From IMG/VR virus record IMGVR_UViG_3300012682_000011, positions 1 through 31,420 of that record: a DNA stretch of 31,420 bases; one strand, 5' to 3'. The DNA is from a virus (taxonomy: Duplodnaviria; Caudoviricetes). Under the pieces are notes generated by a model. It saw only the letters and a list, made by a program, of their open reading frames with translations, made no database searches and was not told the origin of the DNA. Below are positions 25,665-31,420 of this stretch, in pieces (position 1 is the first letter of the stretch; every line of letters starts with the position of its first letter). The position numbers and the translations under genes are program-made.

Positions 25665-25723
25665 AATGGCTGAGGGCTGGGCACGTGAGAGCGATAGTAC
25701 TAGGTGTCTCCCTTCCCTTGGCC

Positions 25724-25773
25724 AATAAAAAACAACCTCTAACATTTCTGTTTCGAGGCTGTTTTTATTTTTT
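25724..25773. terminator. Bidirectional intrinsic terminator between the early and late arms
   Basis: AATAAAAAACAACCTC-loop-GAGGCTGTTTTTATTTTTT. Confidence 0.75.
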
Positions 25774-25876
25774 CGATACTGACGTGGCTCCTTCGTTGCA
25801 ATCCTTGTTCAGACGCTTTGTGTCTACGTACGCTGACACTCTGCAAGAACTTGGCCAGGAGGGGCGTACAGTGTCT
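25724..25876 (-). ncRNA. Candidate structured ncRNA of about 150 nt with its own promoter and terminator
   Basis: Consensus promoter upstream, terminator downstream, no ATG before the terminator, extensive self-complementarity. Confidence 0.6.
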
Positions 25877-25881
25877 TGCTT

Positions 25882-25910
25882 AGTGTATGACGAATAGCTG
25901 TGATTGTCAA
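25882..25910 (-). promoter_or_regulatory. Sigma70-like promoter directly after the holin stop
   Basis: TTGACA(25910-25905)-17-TACACT(25887-25882). Confidence 0.8.
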
Positions 25911-26198
25911 CTAGATAGCGATTTCTCCACTTACAGGAGCCGTGTTTTGAAGTCCTCCTTGAACAATGATACCTTCACGATATGCACCAATCGCTTTGTT
26001 GAGTTGTCGTGCAATGGTGTAGGCTGCAATCAAGAATCCTGAAAGCTTAATAAAGAGTGGGTACAGAGGGTTGTTAGGGTCAATGCTGCCGTTAGCGGTT
26101 ACTTGGTTGAATACTTCGGCGAGGCCCAGTAGTAGGCCAGGGAGGGCGGCAGAGAGGGTAAGCCAAAATTCGCTTCTTCGGTAGACAGGTTTGTCCAT
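25911..26198 (-). CDS. Putative holin
   Basis: KPVYRRSEFWLTL N-terminus, two hydrophobic helices, downstream of the endolysin. Confidence 0.7.
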   Translation of the reverse strand: MDKPVYRRSEFWLTLSAALPGLLLGLAEVFNQVTANGSIDPNNPLYPLFIKLSGFLIAAYTIARQLNKAIGAYREGIIVQGGLQNTAPVSGEIAI

Positions 26199-26215
26199 AG
26201 GGGTATGTTAGTTAA

Positions 26216-27133
26216 TTATTGATTAGTAAAATTTGTGCCAAGAGCGGCTAGATAGTTCCCTTGTTTGCTCTTCAGCCAAAGGGTACTAGTGTGCGCTCTT
26301 CCGTTTAACAAAATGGTGTACGATCCACCCTCTACACTTCCAAGGGCTGTCAACTCATCGCCTGGGACAAGAAGAGCCATAGGTGATCCGTTTATAATGG
26401 GTGCTCCTATCCAGGGCTCAGCTAATGGTGCGGTAGTATTTGGGGATGTGCGTACTTTAAGCCGCACTAATGCTTGTACCTTCCTCGGAAATCCAGAAAC
26501 TAAGGGAATTGGTGCAACCTCAATGGGTACATGTACGGTAACGGGGGCATAGTCCCAATTGTAGGTTTCAGGGTCTATGAAGTTGTTAACGTTGGTCCAG
26601 TATGTTCCTGTCCAGTTGGTGGCTATGTCTAAGTGTAAATGGTCACCTGTAGTATATATTCCGGTATTTCCTGTAAGAGCGATAATATCGCCTGCTTGTA
26701 CTTCACCTACCGTTTTTATCACTCTATCAAGGTGCATAAAGCGCATCATCACAGCGTCATGGTCGGGCTGGTAGTACACTTGCGTACCTCCTTGTAACCA
26801 TGCCCCTGAAACTACTTTAACAATACGTCCCTTAAACGGAGCTCTAAGTGGTGTCCCCTTAGGTGCTCGGTAGTCTACCCCTAAATGCTCACGGGTGTAC
26901 CAGGTACGTTGCTTGAATAAGTAGCCTCCAATTTGTCGATTCTGTAGGGGAAACATTGAGGTTTGATTAGAAGGTGGGGCATTAAGAAGTCTCAGTAACT
27001 CGCTCCTGAGTCGGTGGTACTTACGAACCCCTAGAATATAGAGGAATACATACAGTCCCGACTTCAGGTGTGTTTCGCTGACATGTGGCATAGCCAAGCC
27101 AACGAAAAGATCTATGGGAAGCGAGTCTAGCAT
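26216..27133 (-). CDS. M23-family peptidase endolysin with a C-terminal SH3-like domain (alternative start at 26956)
   Basis: HLGVD (HxxxD), FMHL, TGNTG.YTTGDHLH (HxH), FIDP motifs. Confidence 0.9.
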   Translation of the reverse strand: MLDSLPIDLFVGLAMPHVSETHLKSGLYVFLYILGVRKYHRLRSELLRLLNAPPSNQTSMFPLQNRQIGGYLFKQRTWYTREHLGVDYRAPKGTPLRAPFKGRIVKVVSGAWLQGGTQVYYQPDHDAVMMRFMHLDRVIKTVGEVQAGDIIALTGNTGIYTTGDHLHLDIATNWTGTYWTNVNNFIDPETYNWDYAPVTVHVPIEVAPIPLVSGFPRKVQALVRLKVRTSPNTTAPLAEPWIGAPIINGSPMALLVPGDELTALGSVEGGSYTILLNGRAHTSTLWLKSKQGNYLAALGTNFTNQ

Positions 27134-27136
27134 CCA

Positions 27137-27388
27137 TTACCCTTGTGACTGATCTACATGTTCTGGGTGAAGTAATGCGTTAAGCTCAGAGATTTCGCTG
27201 TCCATTGCCCCTGCTTCTTCCTGGTACTGTTGAGCGGCTCGCTCGAGTCGTTCCTCAAGACTTCCTCTACTGTTTCTCCGTTCTTCAAGGCTTCGTAACC
27301 GACTGTTCAGGCGTTCAGCGACAAGGCGGCTTCGCTCAGCAGCTAGCTGCTCTTCTACTTCCAACTCGATCTCATGGATAACAGACAT
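27137..27388 (-). CDS. Hypothetical coiled-coil protein
   Basis: 83 aa, E/R/L-rich heptads. Confidence 0.65.
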   Translation of the reverse strand: MSVIHEIELEVEEQLAAERSRLVAERLNSRLRSLEERRNSRGSLEERLERAAQQYQEEAGAMDSEISELNALLHPEHVDQSQG

Positions 27389-27562
27389 AGTGTCTACTTA
27401 TTGATAGGTATACTTATTGTACTACGCTAAAGCTCTACAATACTAGATAGCAGCCTCTTTTATCGGTTGCTCTACTTTCTCAGCATCTTTTATAATCTCT
27501 ACAATCTCTCGTCGTACGGCACTTAACTTTGCGTAGGGGATTGGTATACATTATGGTAATGG

Positions 27563-27850
27563 TTACACGTCTTGAGCGGCTTGAAATCTGGGGATGTTTT
27601 TCATCTCCATGTAGCATATCGTAACAGGGTTACTAACCTCCATGCTTTCAATGGTGAAGGGGATAGTGGTCTGCCACTCTACTACTTCAGTATGAGCTGG
27701 GTCTTTCCCTGTATCACTAGCCGCTTTGTTTGGATACCAGTATATAACAGCCCTGGAGCCTGTTTTTCCAGGGAAGAGAACAATGTGGTGTACTTTGCCG
27801 TACTCAATGGCTGTTCCGTTGGGTAAGGTTTGGGGGAGTAAGAAGGCCAT
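27563..27850 (-). CDS. Small protein after the tailspike (possible fibre assembly chaperone)
   Basis: 95 aa, C-terminal CYMEMKNIPRFQAAQDV; position. Confidence 0.65.
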   Translation of the reverse strand: MAFLLPQTLPNGTAIEYGKVHHIVLFPGKTGSRAVIYWYPNKAASDTGKDPAHTEVVEWQTTIPFTIESMEVSNPVTICYMEMKNIPRFQAAQDV

Positions 27851-27865
27851 AAAGGTAATTAGTGG

Positions 27866-30800
27866 TTAAATTTTACGAGCAGTCATGTATGATTTGTCGT
27901 ATACGCTTGAGGTTTGGGCGGCGGTAGTACTTGCAAACCGTAGTTCTACCGTTCCAGCTGTTGTGGCGTTTACAACACTACCTGTAATGCGTGTCCATCC
28001 CGTAGTTAAAGCAACAGCGTTGAAAGCAACTCCTGATAGCGTTCCTGAAACGGTAAGAACTGCTGAAGTTACAGCTGTTACAGCGGTTGACATACCCACG
28101 GCTACAGCTCTAAAGGTAGCTCCAGTTGGTACAACGATAGCAAACTTCACTCCACCTATGCCGCTACATCCATTCTGGAGAAAGAACTCAAAGCTCCAGG
28201 TTTCACTAGCAGGAATAGCAAAACTCATGCCTGTGACACTAGCTGCTGCAATTACCGTGGTTGTTACGGTAGTCGTAACAATAGCCTGTTTTGCATTAGC
28301 GAGTACGGCGTTACCGTTTTTATCTACAGAAGATAAAACTGTGCCAGCGTTATTCTTCCATTCGGTTAGGTTGCCTGTTTGACTCACAGCTCCAATCATA
28401 CATATACCCACATCGGCGGCGGCTCTGATGTTCATTTCAAGCGTTGCACCAGGGTCAACGGAGTAGGCTTTGTTCATGCCAATTTTCCCACCTCGAAGCG
28501 TTATGTCATCGCTCACTGAGTAGACTGAGGCACGCCCCATAACAATTGGTAAATTAACACCTGTACCACTTTGACTTGAAAAGATATTATATTGGCGTAG
28601 TCCTGGATGATACCCAATCTGTAGACGCTCAAAGTTTGCGATGCTTGCAATCGTGCCTTTCACAAAGAGGTTAAATTCAGCGTAGTCCGTACCATCCCCA
28701 TCTTTCGTAAAGATTTCAAACTGAGCGGATGCGCCACTGTTGACCGATTCAAAACTCAAAGCACCAGCGGTTCTAGTACTCATACGGTGAGCGGCTCCAC
28801 TAATAAGGTATGAACCATCCTTCTGGACACTGGCTAGGGGATTACCTATATTGTCTGTCCATTCAGTCAATGCCAATGTATGGCCTGAGCTTGCTTGAAT
28901 AACTAAGCGGCTTGAGTTTACTGCTCCTAATAGCGTTACTTTTTTATTCGTTGCGTCATAGCTGAAGCCAGCATCACCAGCCATAGCCCCTGCATTGTTG
29001 TACTGTACGTTCGTGGTAGTACCTCCAGGAGTTGCACTTGCAGTAACGGTATCCCATAAGCTATTTGTACCGTCTGTTTTAAGGTACTTACCAGCATTTG
29101 CGGTTTGAGTAGGAAGTACTTGATTTGCGGTTACGCTATGAGGGTTAGCGGTTGAAGCTATATGCGTATCCATCTGGGTATGGGTATGGCTTTGCGCTGC
29201 AACATCAGTACCAATTACTAAACCTAAGTTTGTTCTAGCGGTGGTTGCGGTTATTGCACCTGTTCCACCTTCTGCAACCTCCAATCCTGATTGTGCCGTT
29301 GCTCCTCGGTTGTTGCGAATAACACTACCTGTGACTGATACGCTATTGTCATAGACTATCTTGGCAGTGTTGCTTTCGTCCATGATGTTATCTTGAACAA
29401 GCATGTCTGAGTAAGACTGTAAGGTATCACCATTCCAGAAGCGGAGAGCAGTAGCACTGTTTTTAACCTCGTTATTGGTGATGATCTGGCTATTTGCCTT
29501 GAACACCATAATTGCAGCAGCATCAGCTCCCGTACCTCCACAGTTATCGAGGATGTTTCCTGTAACATGAGCCCCTATTTTAGATAGGAGTATTCCGCTC
29601 CCTAAGCCTCCCGTGACAGGTGCTAGCCCACAGTTACGGACAATGTTTCCTTTTATAAGTACGTTTTTAAGTACGTTATCAACAGCGTCATTACCTTCAG
29701 ACATGTAGGCAATACCATCACCTCCACAGTTGTAAACGGTGTTTCCTGTAACTACAATATCGTTGGTATCAGGTCGAGCGGCAGTTGCTTTGTAAGAGTT
29801 GATGCGGATACCTGTGTTTGAGGATACATTCAGGACAGTGTTACCAATCACAGATACGAATTGCGAACTAGCGACACGAATACCATTACCTCGATCATTT
29901 CCCTCTACGGTATTGCCAACTACTGAACCATAGCGAGAAGGCACAAGAGATGTGTTAAGGAAATCAAGGTCAATATCGATTCCGTCATCCAGGTGAAACT
30001 CCCCAGCAACGAATGAACTCAAGACGTAGTTCTTGATCTTATTCCCCTTAACGGTAAAGTAGTCGGTTCCGTTGACCTGTACACCATTTCCACTACTGTC
30101 ATGAATGTAGCAGTCGTTAATGGTGGCGTACTCACAGTGTTGGACAACGAGTGTTTCAGTGGTGTTCGTAAAGACGGTGTGATACGCTTCCACGTCAATG
30201 AATCCACAGTTACGAGTATTGCGGATGATGGCTGTGTGGCTGAGTGTTGCTCCCTTGATCGTGAGGTGCTTTATCCAGATGTTGGAGTTGGTGTTCTTAG
30301 CGGTTCCTGTAGTGTTGGTATCAAATGCCCAGGTGCTAATAGTTCCACTGAAACTAATAATCGTTACCCCTTGACCTTCTCCCTCTACAGTAACATTGCT
30401 CTTTAGGGTAATTTCAGCAGTAGTGTTGTAGGTTCCCTTAAGGATTCTTACAACACCTCCTCCAGCTGTATTTACAGCGTCAATTGCAGCCTGAATTTCA
30501 GTCTGGTCAGCGGTTCCGTCTGTTGTATAATCGGCATTCGTAGCCCCTACCGTAACCAATACTTTACCTTGCGCTGCTAGATTCGTTCTAGCTACACTGG
30601 CTGTACTTGCTCCCGTTCCACCATCAGTAACGGCTAAATCGGTGATTCCTGTAATTGTTCCTCCTGTAATAGCTACCCCTGTAGCATTTTGGGTGGAGAT
30701 AGTGCCGAGTCCGTGTACAGTGCTTCCTGTTGCTGCAAGGTGGGTATCAATTTGAGCGTGAGTGTTAGTACCAATATCAGCTATATTGTTGTGGGAAATA

Positions 30801-30991
30801 CCTGGCTGGACAACAGCAAATTCTAAAGCACCTACAGCATTAGCTACAGTTACAGTAGATGTTCCATTAATAGTCTTGTGCTCAACAGCTGTACCTGCTG
30901 AATTATTACCTAGAATCTGGTTACCTGTACCACTTGATGTACCAACTTTTCCGCTGGATATGTCTACACCATTTAAGAACTTTTTGGACAT
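27866..30991 (-). CDS. Tailspike / receptor-binding protein with a right-handed parallel beta-helix (pectate-lyase-like)
   Basis: 1041 aa; DGTADQTEIQAAIDAV..GGGVVRILKGTY helix cap and repeated V.GN.V.N...GI coils. Confidence 0.88.
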   Translation of the reverse strand: MSKKFLNGVDISSGKVGTSSGTGNQILGNNSAGTAVEHKTINGTSTVTVANAVGALEFAVVQPGISHNNIADIGTNTHAQIDTHLAATGSTVHGLGTISTQNATGVAITGGTITGITDLAVTDGGTGASTASVARTNLAAQGKVLVTVGATNADYTTDGTADQTEIQAAIDAVNTAGGGVVRILKGTYNTTAEITLKSNVTVEGEGQGVTIISFSGTISTWAFDTNTTGTAKNTNSNIWIKHLTIKGATLSHTAIIRNTRNCGFIDVEAYHTVFTNTTETLVVQHCEYATINDCYIHDSSGNGVQVNGTDYFTVKGNKIKNYVLSSFVAGEFHLDDGIDIDLDFLNTSLVPSRYGSVVGNTVEGNDRGNGIRVASSQFVSVIGNTVLNVSSNTGIRINSYKATAARPDTNDIVVTGNTVYNCGGDGIAYMSEGNDAVDNVLKNVLIKGNIVRNCGLAPVTGGLGSGILLSKIGAHVTGNILDNCGGTGADAAAIMVFKANSQIITNNEVKNSATALRFWNGDTLQSYSDMLVQDNIMDESNTAKIVYDNSVSVTGSVIRNNRGATAQSGLEVAEGGTGAITATTARTNLGLVIGTDVAAQSHTHTQMDTHIASTANPHSVTANQVLPTQTANAGKYLKTDGTNSLWDTVTASATPGGTTTNVQYNNAGAMAGDAGFSYDATNKKVTLLGAVNSSRLVIQASSGHTLALTEWTDNIGNPLASVQKDGSYLISGAAHRMSTRTAGALSFESVNSGASAQFEIFTKDGDGTDYAEFNLFVKGTIASIANFERLQIGYHPGLRQYNIFSSQSGTGVNLPIVMGRASVYSVSDDITLRGGKIGMNKAYSVDPGATLEMNIRAAADVGICMIGAVSQTGNLTEWKNNAGTVLSSVDKNGNAVLANAKQAIVTTTVTTTVIAAASVTGMSFAIPASETWSFEFFLQNGCSGIGGVKFAIVVPTGATFRAVAVGMSTAVTAVTSAVLTVSGTLSGVAFNAVALTTGWTRITGSVVNATTAGTVELRFASTTAAQTSSVYDKSYMTARKI

Positions 30992-31013
30992 AGGGGAGGA
31001 TTAAGTTAGGGGA

Positions 31014-31420
31014 TTAGCCCATTACAACTGCTTTGATTGCGTTTAAGGCAGGAGCTACGGCAAATGTAACAGTTACAGCGGATGTAGATGTGTTCACAAC
31101 ATCAGCTTCAACGACAGCATTATCAGCAGCTTGCCTAAGTTGGGTAATAACGTCTTGGGTTCCTAAGTTGTGAGTCAAGGTGATTGCGGTAGCTGTTCCG
31201 TCACCAATGGTAAAGGTTTTCTTTACAGGGAAACTAGCGAGAGAAACAGGGGTAACAGCTACGGTGCTATCTGTTCTGGCTTCAGCTTCAGCAGCGGTTG
31301 CGTACTCAGCAAGTCCTAGTGCTGTACTCGTTGCTCTATCTACATTGGCCTGTACAATTGTCCAGTTAGCCCCAACGGTTGCTTGATCTCCAGCGGCACT
31401 TCCGTCCACAGTACAGATGA
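31014..31420 (-). CDS. 3' part of the tail fibre gene starting at 1273 (variant allele)
   Basis: Same reading frame across the end overlap; ends ITLTHNLGTQDV...AIKAVVMG. Confidence 0.85.
   Translation of the reverse strand, partial: ICTVDGSAAGDQATVGANWTIVQANVDRATSTALGLAEYATAAEAEARTDSTVAVTPVSLASFPVKKTFTIGDGTATAITLTHNLGTQDVITQLRQAADNAVVEADVVNTSTSAVTVTFAVAPALNAIKAVVMG
31070..31420. repeat. Terminal direct repeat, copy 2
   Basis: Matches 1-351 with 28 substitutions. Confidence 0.95.

Larger units (their letters stand above)
1..31420. mobile_element. Near-complete circularly permuted tailed phage genome (podovirus-like), about 31,069 bp unique
   Basis: Terminase-portal-scaffold-capsid-adaptor-nozzle-ejection-fibre-lysis gene order; no tape measure or tail tube gene recognised; 351-bp end overlap with one ORF continuous across the junction; no host genes. 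Confidence 0.93.

Noticed and set aside
25775-25875. Assignment as tRNA, SRP RNA, 6S RNA or HDV/hammerhead ribozyme
   Set aside because: No T-loop/CCA cloverleaf, no SRP helix-8 GGAA motif, no large symmetric central bubble, no CUGAnGA/GAAA core, and helix order does not fit HDV; left unclassified
25685-25897. 70-aa plus-strand ORF
   Set aside because: GTG start, runs through a strong bidirectional terminator and overlaps the minus-strand promoter unit
1-31420. Alternative genetic code (TGA or TAG recoding)
   Set aside because: Hallmark genes are intact in code 11, and TGA/TAG fall at sensible gene ends with frequent ATGA overlaps

Overview
The window is essentially one complete, circularly permuted genome (about 31,069 bp unique) of a small tailed dsDNA phage with podovirus-like (P22/T7-style) virion genes. 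Bases 1-351 recur at 31070-31420, but with 28 substitutions clustered in the middle, and one tail-fibre gene runs across the junction. The minus strand carries the late module: terS, terL, portal, scaffold, major capsid, adaptor, nozzle, four probable ejection proteins, a tail-fibre/tailspike chain, an M23 endolysin and a holin. The plus strand (18257-25400) carries about 30 small early genes, including an ERF-family recombinase, a Zn-finger/KGG protein, a NinG-like nuclease and many tiny membrane peptides. I recognise no integrase, polymerase, primase, helicase, replication initiator, tRNA or CRISPR. The most unusual signals are non-coding: (1) almost all genes lack a Shine-Dalgarno and have a C-run next to the ATG; (2) several promoter/terminator-bounded structured RNA candidates carry anti-SD-like CCUCC motifs, three of them in loops; (3) there is a helically phased repeat array and an 11-bp operator palindrome at four sites; (4) a free-standing 39-aa peptide resembles a ribonucleotide-reductase C-terminal redox tail. 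All product calls come from motif recognition and synteny by eye, not database searches. A Patescibacteria/CPR-like host is only an inference.
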